From the NCBI GenBank assembly GCA_963718235.1, contig CAVQYR010000001.1, positions 320,001 through 384,000 on the forward strand: a stretch of 64,000 nucleotides of DNA. The letters are read 5' to 3'. Under the pieces are notes generated by a model. The model searched no databases and was not told where the DNA came from. It was given only the letters and a program-made list of their open reading frames with translations. The stretch comes from an uncultured Actinomycetota bacterium. GTDB taxonomy: Bacteria; Actinomycetota; Actinomycetes; JAHEKZ01. Position numbers and translations under genes: made by a program. Of this stretch, positions 9,748 to 19,567 are shown in pieces. Position 1 is the stretch's first letter; each line of letters opens with the position of its first letter.

Positions 9748-10766
9748 CAGGTGATCTCGCAGAAGGCGGTGTTCAGCCCGGACCCGATGCCCATGCAGAG
9801 CACCCGGTCGCCGGCCCGGAGCGTGTCGACCTCACGGGCCAGGGTGAACGGCACTGACGCCGGCCCGATGTTGCCGAACTGCGGGAACGTGATCGGCACC
9901 TTGGAGGTGTCCAGGTCGAGGCGTTGGCACAGTGCCGCCGTGTGCACCTGCGACACCTGGTGCAGGACGTACCGGTCCATGTGCTGCCAGTCGTTGTCCA
10001 GCAGCGCCTCTTTCCACGCCGCCTCGGCGAGCTCGAGACCGGCGTCGAGCAGCCCCTTGGTGTCGGTGCGCATCGACTCGTTGTCGCCGATGCAGAGGGT
10101 GTGGTGCTCGGTCGCGGCCCGGGAGATCCCGCCGACCAAGCGGTGCGCCTCGGGGTGCTTGTCGAGGCGGCCGAGCACCATCGCGGCGCCGCCGGAGCCC
10201 AGGGTGAGGCTGGCGAACTCGTTCATGACGTCTTCGGTGGTGGAGTCCGGCTGGCTGAGTCGGCGCAACGTCCGTTCCTGGACCGGACGTGCGTCCTCGC
10301 CGTCGACCACGAGTGCGTAGTCGATGTGGCCGGCGTCGATCATCGACGCGGCCAGGTGCATGCCGTTGACGAAGCCCAGGCAGGCATTGGCCAGGTCGAA
10401 GTTCGTGCAGGACGTCGGCATGCCGAGGCGGTGGTGGATCTCTACGGCCGACGACGGCTCGAGGTACTCCCGTGACACCGAGGAGTTGATCATCAGGCCG
10501 ATCCGGTCCCGGTCGACCCCGGACGCGTCGATCGCGGACTCGGCGGCCTCCACGGCTCCGTCGGCGAACCGGGTTCCCTCAGCCCACCAGCGACGCTCGT
10601 AGATGCCGGCGAGTCCTTCGAGCAGACCGGCCCTCATCCCGACCCGGTCGTAGGTGGGGCCCAGGATCGCGTCGAACGACGTAGAGGTGACCACGTGGGG
10701 GGCTTCGGCGGCCGTCACCGACAAGATCGCGGTGTTCGTGTGCCGGTAGGCGGAGTTGCCGTCCAT
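9744..10766 (-). CDS. oleA: OleA thiolase-fold 3-oxoacyl-ACP synthase III-like condensing enzyme
   Basis: YLEPSSA, FDLANACLGF, LTLGSGG, LHQVSQVH, FGNIGPASVP, GIGSGLN. GAGG RBS before ATG 10766. Confidence 0.88.
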   Translation of the reverse strand: MDGNSAYRHTNTAILSVTAAEAPHVVTSTSFDAILGPTYDRVGMRAGLLEGLAGIYERRWWAEGTRFADGAVEAAESAIDASGVDRDRIGLMINSSVSREYLEPSSAVEIHHRLGMPTSCTNFDLANACLGFVNGMHLAASMIDAGHIDYALVVDGEDARPVQERTLRRLSQPDSTTEDVMNEFASLTLGSGGAAMVLGRLDKHPEAHRLVGGISRAATEHHTLCIGDNESMRTDTKGLLDAGLELAEAAWKEALLDNDWQHMDRYVLHQVSQVHTAALCQRLDLDTSKVPITFPQFGNIGPASVPFTLAREVDTLRAGDRVLCMGIGSGLNTAFCEITW

Positions 10767-10854
10767 CGGTTCCTCTCGGGCTGATAACCGCAAGAGTGTC
10801 GCACGCGCCCCGGCCGCCCACCCAACTCCGGCCCGGCATGGGTCTACCCGGGAT

Positions 10855-12327
10855 CTACAGCGAGACGACGACGCCGACCCCGCCCCGGCGTGGGTCGCCA
10901 TGGGCGCTGACCGCCCCGGCGCCGTCGAGCCCGACGGCCTGCGCCCCCCCGAAGTACAGGTCGCGCCGGGTCCACTGGTTGGTCGGCCGCCACTCGGCCA
11001 TGGCCGCCACGGCGTCCGGCGTCCAACCGGGTTCGACCTGGACCCGCTGTCCGTCCCAGTGCACCCGGGGCGCCTCGATCGCCGGCTCGACCCCGACGCC
11101 CTGGTCGACGAGGTGGACGATGACCTGGAGGAGCGCGCTGCGGATCCGTTCGCTGCCGCCGCTGCCCAGCGCGATCACGGTCCCGTCCGCGCGGTCGACG
11201 ATGCTGGGCGCCATCATCGACCCGATCCGGGTGCCCGGAGGGACCGAGTGGAACCCGGCCGGGTGCAGGTCGTCCTCGCCCATCACGTTGTTGAGCTGGA
11301 CACCGGTTCCCGGTGCGAAGACTCCCGAGCACGAGCCGTTGGACGTCGTCATCGAGACCATGAGCCCGTCGGCGTCGACCACGCTCACGTGGGTGGTGCC
11401 CCGTCGCGCCTGAGGGACTGCGGCCGCGGCCTGGCGCTTGTGCCGTTCGGTCGCGCCGGCGAGCGCCTCGAGCAGTCGTCGCACGTCCGGCGGCGACCCG
11501 GTGGAGGGACTCTCGGCGGCGAGCACCTCCAGCGCGGCGGTGAGGATCGCCCCGCCCGATGAGGGCAGGGGGTTCGTCGCCACGCGCGCGCCCCGGTACT
11601 GCAGGACCAGTGGCTCGCGGACGATCGGTGCATAGGCGTCGAGGTCGGTCTTGGTCAGCAGGCCGTGGTGCTCGGTCATCGCGTCGACCAGCGGACCGGC
11701 CACCTGGTCGGACGCGAAGCCGTCCACGGCCCCGCACCCCACCTCGCTCAGGAAGTCGCCGAGAGCGTGGTTGGAGAGGGTGTCCCCGGCGCGAACCAGT
11801 GCACCGTCGGGGGCGAACAGCCGACGACCCGTCTCGGTCAGCGTGACGATTCCGGACAGGAGCCCGAGGACGGCAGCCTGCTTGCCCGACAGCTCGACCC
11901 CCTGGTGCGCATAGGCGACTGCTGGCGACACGACGTCGGCCAGCGCCAGGCGCCCGAACGCCCGGTGCGCAGCCAGGTAGCCGGCCAGACAGCCGGGGAC
12001 GGCCACCGACCCCCAGCCCGCGTGGAACACCTGCTCGGCGCCGGCGAACTCGACCACGACCGGGGTGAAGTGGGGGGTCCGCTCGTCGGCGGGCAGCCCT
12101 CGGCCGGGCGCGTCGACGAAGAAGTCCAGCAGCTGCTCACGCCCGTCGGGAGTGCGCACGAGCAAGAATCCGCCTCCGCCGAGGCTGGTCATGCCGGGCT
12201 CGGCGACCGAACCGGCGAAGCCGGCCGCGAGGGCTGCGTCGACGGCGTTGCCGGCCCGTCGCAGCACGTCCACCGCGGCCGCCGCGCTGGCTTCGCTGCC
12301 TGCGGCCACTGCCGCCCGCCGGGCCAT
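10855..12327 (-). CDS. ggt: Gamma-glutamyltransferase family protein (no signal peptide seen)
   Basis: GNAVDAALAA, SLGGGGFLL, VAVPG, GTTHVSVVD autocleavage site, LNNVMGE, GSGGSERI, DPRRGG. Confidence 0.9.
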   Translation of the reverse strand: MARRAAVAAGSEASAAAAVDVLRRAGNAVDAALAAGFAGSVAEPGMTSLGGGGFLLVRTPDGREQLLDFFVDAPGRGLPADERTPHFTPVVVEFAGAEQVFHAGWGSVAVPGCLAGYLAAHRAFGRLALADVVSPAVAYAHQGVELSGKQAAVLGLLSGIVTLTETGRRLFAPDGALVRAGDTLSNHALGDFLSEVGCGAVDGFASDQVAGPLVDAMTEHHGLLTKTDLDAYAPIVREPLVLQYRGARVATNPLPSSGGAILTAALEVLAAESPSTGSPPDVRRLLEALAGATERHKRQAAAAVPQARRGTTHVSVVDADGLMVSMTTSNGSCSGVFAPGTGVQLNNVMGEDDLHPAGFHSVPPGTRIGSMMAPSIVDRADGTVIALGSGGSERIRSALLQVIVHLVDQGVGVEPAIEAPRVHWDGQRVQVEPGWTPDAVAAMAEWRPTNQWTRRDLYFGGAQAVGLDGAGAVSAHGDPRRGGVGVVVSL

Positions 12328-12349
12328 GGGCGGTCAGGGTACGCGCGGG

Positions 12350-13480
12350 TCAGCCGGCGTGGCCGGGGCCGGGGCCAGGCGACTGGGTCGACGACTGGGC
12401 CGACGGTTGGGCCGACGGTTGGGCGCTGCGCACGGCGATGACCCGGTCCCCTGACCTCAAGGGGCCCAGCGCGTCGTCGTCGTAGCGGCGTACGTGGTCG
12501 TCGCGGACGACGGCCAGGATCCGCTCGTTGAGCTCGGACACCACCCGTCCGATCTCCTCGCGGGAGACCGGTCGGTCGATGACATCCAGGCCGCTGCCGG
12601 TGCGCAACAGGTCCTCGACGACCTGGCCGACTGCGGGCTTCTCCGCCGCCATGCCCAGCATGCGTCCGGCCGCCTCGGAGGACGTGATGACCGCGTCGGC
12701 CCCGCTCTGCTCCAGCAGCGGGACGTTCTCCGACTCCCGGGCCGACACGACGATCTGCGCCGTTCGGTTCAGGCGACGGGCACTCAGCGTCACGAGTACC
12801 GCGGTGGCGTCGTCGTCCGACGCGACGACGACCGCTGCGGCCCGGCCGACCCTGGCCTGCTCGAGCACCTCGTTGCGTGTGGCGTCGCCGAGCACCGCTG
12901 CGTAGCCGAGCTGGTTGGCTTCCTCGACCGAGGTTGGGCTGGCGTCGATCACGACGATCTTCTCCGGAGTGACCCCGTGTTCGCGAAGCTCGCGGGCCGC
13001 AGCCCGGCCCTTCACGCCGTACCCGACGATGACGGTGTGCGCGATCAAGGTCTGCCTCCATTTGCTCACGCGGTACTCGCGTCGGCTGCGTTCGGTCAGG
13101 ACCTCCAGCGTGGTTCCGACGAGTGCCACGAGGAACACGATCCGCAAGGGCGTGATGACCAGGATGTTGAACAGCCGTGCGGCGTCGCTCTCCGGTGTGA
13201 TGTCGCCGTAGCCGGTCGTGGTGAGGCTGACCGTGGAGTAGTACACCGCGTCGAGCAGGCTGAGCCCGTCTCCGTTCGCGTCGCGGTAGCCGTCGCCGTC
13301 GAGCCAGACCAGGACGCTGACGACGACCGTGATGAGCAAGGCGATCACCACGCGCCGGCTGACCTGTCGCAGGGGGCTGGCCGGGGCCTCGGGCAGCTGA
13401 ACCACTCCGACGGCGTCGAGGTCGGGGCGCGAAGACGCGCCCCCGATGCTCGTCGGGCGCCTCAGGCTGCTGGGGATCAC
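12350..13480 (-). CDS. Potassium channel (2-TM pore plus TrkA-N/RCK domain)
   Basis: YYSTVSLTTTGYGDITP selectivity filter, IVGYGVKG Rossmann motif. Start uncertain. Confidence 0.9.
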   Translation of the reverse strand: MIPSSLRRPTSIGGASSRPDLDAVGVVQLPEAPASPLRQVSRRVVIALLITVVVSVLVWLDGDGYRDANGDGLSLLDAVYYSTVSLTTTGYGDITPESDAARLFNILVITPLRIVFLVALVGTTLEVLTERSRREYRVSKWRQTLIAHTVIVGYGVKGRAAARELREHGVTPEKIVVIDASPTSVEEANQLGYAAVLGDATRNEVLEQARVGRAAAVVVASDDDATAVLVTLSARRLNRTAQIVVSARESENVPLLEQSGADAVITSSEAAGRMLGMAAEKPAVGQVVEDLLRTGSGLDVIDRPVSREEIGRVVSELNERILAVVRDDHVRRYDDDALGPLRSGDRVIAVRSAQPSAQPSAQSSTQSPGPGPGHAG

Positions 13481-13646
13481 GAATGACGAGCCTAATCGGG
13501 GGCGCCGGGACCAGCCGCCCACGCATCCGGACTAACCCGTTTGGGTCAAGTTCACGCCCGGGGGTGCCGATTCCAGGGGAGGTCCGGCGTGGGGTCCGGC
13601 CACACAACCGGGTGCGAGCCCGGGGGGTTCGCGACGAAGGGCTGGG

Positions 13647-15173
13647 ATGGACAACCCGCAGCCGTTGGCACGCACGGGCGCGGTGGCCGCTTGGGTCAAC
13701 GCCGGTCTCGGGCTGGGCCTGACGCTGCTCTACATCGTCACCGAGCCGGGCATCCCGGTGGCTCCCCTGCCCGCCCTCGTCTGGTGCGCCCTGGGTTTCG
13801 GGTTCGCAGCCTTGGTCACCGGGCTGTTCGTCCATGCCCGGCGGGCCGACCTCCAGTTCGTCGAGCGCCGGGTCCCGCTGGTCCTGATCTCCGCCCAGAT
13901 GGTCTGGGTGGCGGGTCTGGTGGCCCTGTCCGGGGGGATGCAGAGCCTCACCTGGGTGCTGATGGTCACGGTCGCGGTGTTCGTGGTCGACACCGTGGAG
14001 CGCGCGGGGCTGGTCACGTTCACCGTGCTTGCCGACGGCCTCCTCATCGCGTCCGCGGCAGCGGCCGGCACCCTGAACCTGCAGACCCTGCCCGCCCTGG
14101 TGGCGGCCTGCGCCGTCCTGCCACTTGCCGTGTCGTTCGACGAGATGCTCAAAGGTCGGATCACCCAGGACCACCACGACCGCCTCGAGAAGCGGGTCGA
14201 GGAGCTGTCGGTCTCCCTCGGCCAGGCCGCCGAGGGAGACCTCGCCGTCCACATCCCGACGCCGGACGACGACACTGCACTGCGCTCCCTGGCGATCAAC
14301 ATCGACGAGACACTCGTCTCCCTTCGGATGCTGGTCGACCGGGTGCGAGACGGCGGTGAGCGGATCTCCGACAGCGCTGCTCACCTGCTGAACGCCGCGC
14401 AGGAGCAGGCGGCGGCGTCGACCAAGCAGTCCGGGGCCGTGGTGGAGTCCACGAGCACCCTGGAGCAGCTGGCCCAGATGGCCGAGACGATCGCGGCCAG
14501 CAGCTCGGAGGTCGTCGAGCATGCGGCCCTGACCTACCGGTTCGCCGAAGAGGGTCAGGAGGCGGTCACGAACGCCGTGTCGGCCATCGACGCCATCGCG
14601 ACCCGGTCGCGGCTGGTCGCCGAACGCACCGCGGCACTGGCCGACAAGTCCGGCGAGATCGGACGGATCCTGGAGGTGATCGACGACCTGGGCAGCCAGA
14701 CGAACCTGCTGGCCCTGAACGCGGCGATCGAGGCCGCCAGAGCGGGCGAGCACGGTCGTGGCTTCGCCGTGGTGGCGGCAGAGGTCCGCAAGCTGGCCGA
14801 ACGGGCCCAGGCATCGACCAAGCAGATCCAGGGCATCGTCTCGGAGATCCAGGCCGAGATGCGGGCGACGACCGCGGCCACCGCCGAAGGGGCCGAAGAG
14901 GTCCTCAACGGAGTGGCCCTGGCCCGTGACGTGGTCACCGTGCTCGAGCGGATCTCCGACATGGCCGACGAGACGACAACCGCTGCGCGGGAGATCTCCA
15001 ACGCCAGCCAGCAGCAGCGCACAGCCTCCTCGGAGGTCGTGTCCGCGATGAGTGAGGTCTCGGCGGTCAGCGAGGCCGCCGCTGCCGGGTCACGGGAGGC
15101 GGCGGCGGCCGCAGCGACGATGACCGGCCTGGCAAACGATCTTCGGGACTCCATTTCCCGCTTCCAGGTCTGA
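13647..15173 (+). CDS. Methyl-accepting chemotaxis protein with multi-TM N-terminus
   Basis: QTNLLALNAAIEAARAGEHGRGFAVVAAEVRKLAER hairpin motif, with about 5-6 hydrophobic segments N-terminally. Confidence 0.92.
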   Translation: MDNPQPLARTGAVAAWVNAGLGLGLTLLYIVTEPGIPVAPLPALVWCALGFGFAALVTGLFVHARRADLQFVERRVPLVLISAQMVWVAGLVALSGGMQSLTWVLMVTVAVFVVDTVERAGLVTFTVLADGLLIASAAAAGTLNLQTLPALVAACAVLPLAVSFDEMLKGRITQDHHDRLEKRVEELSVSLGQAAEGDLAVHIPTPDDDTALRSLAINIDETLVSLRMLVDRVRDGGERISDSAAHLLNAAQEQAAASTKQSGAVVESTSTLEQLAQMAETIAASSSEVVEHAALTYRFAEEGQEAVTNAVSAIDAIATRSRLVAERTAALADKSGEIGRILEVIDDLGSQTNLLALNAAIEAARAGEHGRGFAVVAAEVRKLAERAQASTKQIQGIVSEIQAEMRATTAATAEGAEEVLNGVALARDVVTVLERISDMADETTTAAREISNASQQQRTASSEVVSAMSEVSAVSEAAAAGSREAAAAAATMTGLANDLRDSISRFQV

Positions 15174-15189
15174 GCGGTTCAATGGCCGG

Positions 15190-15459
15190 GTGAGCCGAAC
15201 CCGACGCATCGTCCTCGCCGTCCTGGCCGTGCTCTTCTTCGCGCTGGCCGCCGCCACCCTCGTCGCCGGAGGGCCTTGGTACATCCCCTTGGGCTGGGTG
15301 GTCTGCGGCGTCGTGCTCCTGCTCGTCGTCCGCAAGACCGGGGGCCTTCGTTCCGGCCGACCCGGCCCGTCCGACTCCGGCAACGACCCGGCCAAGCGGG
15401 CCCGCCGATCGGGCAACCCGGCGATCCGAGCGGGTGTGGAGCCGCCGAAGCAACCGTGA
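15190..15459 (+). CDS. Small 2-TM hypothetical membrane protein
   Basis: Two hydrophobic helices. Its stop overlaps the chrA GTG (GTGA). Confidence 0.55.
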   Translation: MSRTRRIVLAVLAVLFFALAAATLVAGGPWYIPLGWVVCGVVLLLVVRKTGGLRSGRPGPSDSGNDPAKRARRSGNPAIRAGVEPPKQP

Positions 15460-16778
15460 CCGCCGGCGGGCTCGGCGAGTCAGCTCGCACCTGGGGCTAT
15501 GTCGGTATCAACAGCTTCGGGGGGCCGGCGGGACAGATCGCGGTCCTCCACCGGGTCGTGGTCGACGAGAAGCAGTGGGTCGACGAGAAGCGGTTCCTGC
15601 ACGCGCTGAACTTCTGCATGCTGCTGCCTGGTCCGGAGGCCATGCAGCTGGCCACGTATCTGGGGTGGCTGCGCAACGGGATCCGCGGCGGCCTGATGGC
15701 CGGAGGCTTCTTCGTCCTCCCAGGTGCCGTGGTCATGCTCGCGCTGGCTGCGGGGTACGTCGTGTTCGGCGACGTGTCGTGGGTCTCCGGGCTGCTGTTC
15801 GGCGTCCAGGCTGCGGTGATCGCCATCGTCGCCCAGGCCGTGGTGCGCATCGGTGGGCGCGCCCTGAGGACCCCGGCCAGCGTTGCGATCGCGGTCGGCT
15901 CCTTTCTCGCGATCTTCGCGTTCGGCCTCCCTTTCCCGGTGGTGGTGGTCGCGGCCCTCCTGCTGGGGTGGGTGATCGCGAAGACGGCGCCAGATTCCCT
16001 GAACGTGCAGGTGGCGCACGACGAGTCGCACGACGTCGTGGGTACGCATCGGGCCCGGCGCACGCACCTCGTCGCCTCCGCGGTGTTCGTGGTGTGGCTT
16101 GGCTCGATCGTGACGTTGGTACTCACCCTCGGTCGCGACAGCGTCTTCGCCCAGGAGGCGGTCGTCTTCGCCCAGGCGGCGATCTTCAGCTTCGGTGGCG
16201 CCTACGCGGTGCTGGGCTACGTCACCTACCAAGCGGTCCAGAACTACGGTTGGGTCACCACCGAGGACATGGTCACCGGCCTCGGACTCGCCGAGACCAC
16301 ACCTGGACCGCTGATCCTGGTCTGCCAGTTCGTCGGCTTCGTCGCGGCCTACGAGGCGGCGCCGGCCGGGATGGCGCCCCTCCTCGCCGGAACGCTCGGT
16401 GCCGTCGTCACGTTGTGGGTCCTGTTCCTGCCGTCGTTCTTCCTGGTCTTCGCCGGCGCGCCGTACGTCGAGCGGCTGAGGCACAACGTCCGGATCGCGG
16501 GGGCGCTGGCTGCAGTGACGGCGGCGGTCGTGGGCGTCATCGCCGACCTCGGGCTGTGGTTCGCGCTCAACGTGCTGTTCGGCTCGGTCGGGGAGCAGAC
16601 GTCCGGGGTCTTCGCCGTCGCCTGGCCTCAGTGGGACACCTTCGACCCATGGGCGGCCGCCCTTGCCGCGTTGGCGGGCGTCCTGGTCTTCTGGCGCCGG
16701 CTGGGGATCCTGCAGGTGATCGGGGTGTCTGCCGCGCTCGGCCTGCTGCTCGCCGTGGCCGGGGTCCACCAAGCCTGA
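15456..16778 (+). CDS. chrA: Chromate efflux transporter (long-chain CHR family)
   Basis: SFGGPAGQIA, LLPGPEAMQLA, SFGGAYAVL, GLAETTPGPLI duplicated CHR motifs. Confidence 0.92.
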   Translation: MTAGGLGESARTWGYVGINSFGGPAGQIAVLHRVVVDEKQWVDEKRFLHALNFCMLLPGPEAMQLATYLGWLRNGIRGGLMAGGFFVLPGAVVMLALAAGYVVFGDVSWVSGLLFGVQAAVIAIVAQAVVRIGGRALRTPASVAIAVGSFLAIFAFGLPFPVVVVAALLLGWVIAKTAPDSLNVQVAHDESHDVVGTHRARRTHLVASAVFVVWLGSIVTLVLTLGRDSVFAQEAVVFAQAAIFSFGGAYAVLGYVTYQAVQNYGWVTTEDMVTGLGLAETTPGPLILVCQFVGFVAAYEAAPAGMAPLLAGTLGAVVTLWVLFLPSFFLVFAGAPYVERLRHNVRIAGALAAVTAAVVGVIADLGLWFALNVLFGSVGEQTSGVFAVAWPQWDTFDPWAAALAALAGVLVFWRRLGILQVIGVSAALGLLLAVAGVHQA

Positions 16779-16862
16779 GCGACACGGGGGTGCGGGGCCG
16801 GGCCGGTACCGACTTGGTCAAGGGGGTGACGGGTCGAGAGGTTCGTTCCTACCCTTGCTCTC

Positions 16863-18230
16863 GTGGTGACCCGAGGCCAGTTCGCTGCCGCCAGGAAGGC
16901 CCTGGGCGAGCAGTACGCGGCCCTGCCGGTCGGCTCCCCGGTGCGGCTGGCCAAGACGACGTCCAACCTGTTCCGCGTGCGACGCGACGTCGCTACTGCC
17001 GGACTCGACGTGTCGGCGTTCGACGGGGTGATCGACGTCGACGTGTCGAAGAGGACTGCCGACGTGCTGGCCATGACCACCTACGAGCACCTGGTCGACG
17101 CCACGCTGCCGTTCGGCCTCATGCCGAAGGTGGTGCCTGAGCTCAAGACGATCACACTCGGCGGGGCAGTGACCGGCCTGGGCATCGAGTCGTCGTCCTT
17201 TCGCAACGGCTGCCCTCACGAGTCGGTGGTCGAGCTCGAGGTGCTCACGGGCGACGGTCGGTGCCTGACCGCCACGGCGGACGGCGAGTACGCCGACCTC
17301 TTCCACGGGTTCCCGAACTCCTACGGAACGCTGGGCTACGCCCTGCGTCTGGTGATCGAGCTCGAGCCCGTGCGGCCGTACGTCGAGCTGACCCACACCA
17401 GGTTCGGCAGGGCGGAGGCGTACTTCGAGGCGGTCGCGGAGGTCGTGGCCGACCAAGCCTGGCGCGGTCAGCACGTCGACTTCGTCGACGGCACCGTCTT
17501 CGGTACCGACGAGATGTACCTCACCACCGGCCGCTTCGTCGACGAGGCGCCGTACGTCTCCGACTACACCGGGCGCGGCATCTACTACCGCTCGCTGCGT
17601 CTTCGGACCCGCGACTACCTGACGATCCGCGACTACCTGTGGCGCTGGGACACCGACTGGTTCTGGTGCTCGCGGGCGCTGGGCGTGCAGCACCCGCTGG
17701 TCCGGCCGTGGGTCCCGCAGCGTCTGCTCAGGTCGGACTCGTACTTCAAGGTGGTCGCGTTCGAGCGCCGGCACCAGGTGGTGGCTGGCGTGCAGCGGCG
17801 CCTGGGGCGTCCTCGCCGCGAGCTGGTCGTGCAGGACGTTCAGGTGCCGGTCGACCGGGCGGCGGAGTTTCTCGACGTCTTCCACCGCGAGGTCGGGATC
17901 TCGCCCGTCTGGATGTGCCCGCTCCGGCCGCGCGGCGGAGCGCAGGCCTGGTCGCTGTACCCGCTGGATCCTTCGACCACGTACGTGAACTTCGGGTTCT
18001 GGTCGTCGGTGCCCCTGACCGCCGGCCAACCGGACGACGCCCACAACCGCCTGGTCGAGCGACTGGTCAGCGACCTGGGGGGCCGCAAGTCGCTGTACTC
18101 GACGTCGTCGTACGACCGCGACGAGTTCTGGTCCCTCTACAGCGGAGCCGAGTACGAGGTGCTCAAGAAGGCCTACGATCCTGACGGTCGGCTCCTGGAC
18201 CTCTTCGACAAGTGCGTGCTCGGGCGCTGA
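16863..18230 (+). CDS. FAD-binding oxidoreductase, BfaA/TmsA-like (10-methylene fatty acyl reductase)
   Basis: LAKTTSNLFR, VVPELKTITLGGAVTGLGIESSSFR, PNSYGTLGY, YLWRWDTDWFWCSRA. Adjacent to a cfa-like methyltransferase. Confidence 0.85.
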   Translation: MVTRGQFAAARKALGEQYAALPVGSPVRLAKTTSNLFRVRRDVATAGLDVSAFDGVIDVDVSKRTADVLAMTTYEHLVDATLPFGLMPKVVPELKTITLGGAVTGLGIESSSFRNGCPHESVVELEVLTGDGRCLTATADGEYADLFHGFPNSYGTLGYALRLVIELEPVRPYVELTHTRFGRAEAYFEAVAEVVADQAWRGQHVDFVDGTVFGTDEMYLTTGRFVDEAPYVSDYTGRGIYYRSLRLRTRDYLTIRDYLWRWDTDWFWCSRALGVQHPLVRPWVPQRLLRSDSYFKVVAFERRHQVVAGVQRRLGRPRRELVVQDVQVPVDRAAEFLDVFHREVGISPVWMCPLRPRGGAQAWSLYPLDPSTTYVNFGFWSSVPLTAGQPDDAHNRLVERLVSDLGGRKSLYSTSSYDRDEFWSLYSGAEYEVLKKAYDPDGRLLDLFDKCVLGR

Positions 18231-18251
18231 CCGGTGTGGGAGAGCGGTGAC

Positions 18252-19538
18252 ATGAGACCAACGATGACGCTGGCCGAGATGTTCGTCCGCGTGGCCGGGC
18301 TGCCCGAGGGCGTGCGCTTCGAGGGGTACGACGGCAGCTCCTCGGGACCGTCGGACGCCAAGGCGACGCTGATGGTGCGTCGTCCCGAGGCGCTGGAGTA
18401 CATCATCCGGGCCCCGACCGACCTCGGGCTGGCCCGGGCGTACGTGACCGGTGCGCTCGAGGTCGAAGGCGACCTGCACCACCTGATCGCGGCACTTCTC
18501 CCGAGCCGGGCGCAAGGTGTTCGGTGGCGCGAGCTGGCCGCCCTGGTGCCCGCGTTCCGCCAGCTGCTGCCTTTGACGCTCGCCCGGCCGCCCGTTCCGG
18601 AGACTGAGGCACCGCCGCGCTGGCGTCGGGGTCTGGTCCGGCACTCGAAGGGACGCGACGCGGAGGCGATCTCCCACCACTACGACGTGTCCAACACGTT
18701 CTACGAGATGGTGCTCGGTCCGTCGATGACCTACACCTGCGCCGTGTACCCGACCGCCGGGGTGTCGTTGGAGGAGGCGCAGTACGCGAAGTACGAGCTG
18801 GTGGCGCGCAAGCTCGACCTGCAACCGGGCATGCGACTCCTCGACGTGGGCTGCGGCTGGGGCGGCATGGTCATGCACGCAGCGATGCACCATGACGTAC
18901 GGGCGATCGGCGTCACGCTGTCGCGCCAGCAGGCGGAGTGGGCCGCCAAGGCGATCGCCGACCGCGGGCTGTCGGACCGGGCCGAGGTCCGGTTCATGGA
19001 CTACCGCGACCTGCAGGAGTCGTCGTTCGACGCGATCAGCTCGATCGGGCTGACCGAGCACATCGGGCAGGACAACCTGCAGCCGTACTTCCACGGACTG
19101 CTCGAACGGCTGCGCCCGCAGGGGCGCCTGCTCAACCACTGCATCACCCGGTCGGTCCCGGGGCGTCCGGCCCGAGCGAAGGCGTTCATCGACCGCTACG
19201 TCTTCCCCGACGGTGAGCTGGAGTCACCGGGCTACATCATGGAGGCGATGAACGGCGCCGGGTTCGAGATCCGGCACTCGGAGAACCTGCGCGAGCACTA
19301 CGCGATGACCCTGCGCGACTGGGGGGTCAACCTGGAGCAGCGGTGGGATGAGGCGGTGGCGGAGGTCGGGCTGGAGCGCGCGCGGGTGTGGCGGCTGTAC
19401 ATGGCGGCGTCGAGAGCCGGTTTCGACACCAACCAGATCCAGCTGCACCAGGTGCTCGGGGTGAGGCCCAGCCGGTCCGGCCGTTCCCGTGGCCCGGTGA
19501 ACAGCGGATTCCCCCTGCGCCCCACCTGGCTCTCCTGA
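18252..19538 (+). CDS. Cfa-like SAM-dependent fatty acyl methyltransferase, BfaB/TmsB-like
   Basis: ISHHYDVSN, GPSMTYTCA, LLDVGCGWGG, YVFPDGEL, ENLREHYAMTL. Confidence 0.9.
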   Translation: MRPTMTLAEMFVRVAGLPEGVRFEGYDGSSSGPSDAKATLMVRRPEALEYIIRAPTDLGLARAYVTGALEVEGDLHHLIAALLPSRAQGVRWRELAALVPAFRQLLPLTLARPPVPETEAPPRWRRGLVRHSKGRDAEAISHHYDVSNTFYEMVLGPSMTYTCAVYPTAGVSLEEAQYAKYELVARKLDLQPGMRLLDVGCGWGGMVMHAAMHHDVRAIGVTLSRQQAEWAAKAIADRGLSDRAEVRFMDYRDLQESSFDAISSIGLTEHIGQDNLQPYFHGLLERLRPQGRLLNHCITRSVPGRPARAKAFIDRYVFPDGELESPGYIMEAMNGAGFEIRHSENLREHYAMTLRDWGVNLEQRWDEAVAEVGLERARVWRLYMAASRAGFDTNQIQLHQVLGVRPSRSGRSRGPVNSGFPLRPTWLS

Positions 19539-19561
19539 CCCCTGACCCCTGACCCCTGACC
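19534..19561. repeat. Heptamer tandem repeat (CCTGACC)x4
   Basis: Four exact copies starting over the methyltransferase stop and ending 6 nt before the inverted repeat. Confidence 0.9.
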
Positions 19562-19567
19562 CCCTAC

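Noticed and set aside
12380-12430. 12-bp imperfect repeat (SAQP)n at the K+ channel C-terminus
   Set aside because: Low-complexity tail with no evidence of function.
12189-14753. 854-aa minus-strand ORF
   Set aside because: Shadow of the MCP and an alternate frame of the K+ channel.
16818-19139. 773-aa minus-strand ORF
   Set aside because: Antisense shadow of the FAD oxidoreductase and methyltransferase.
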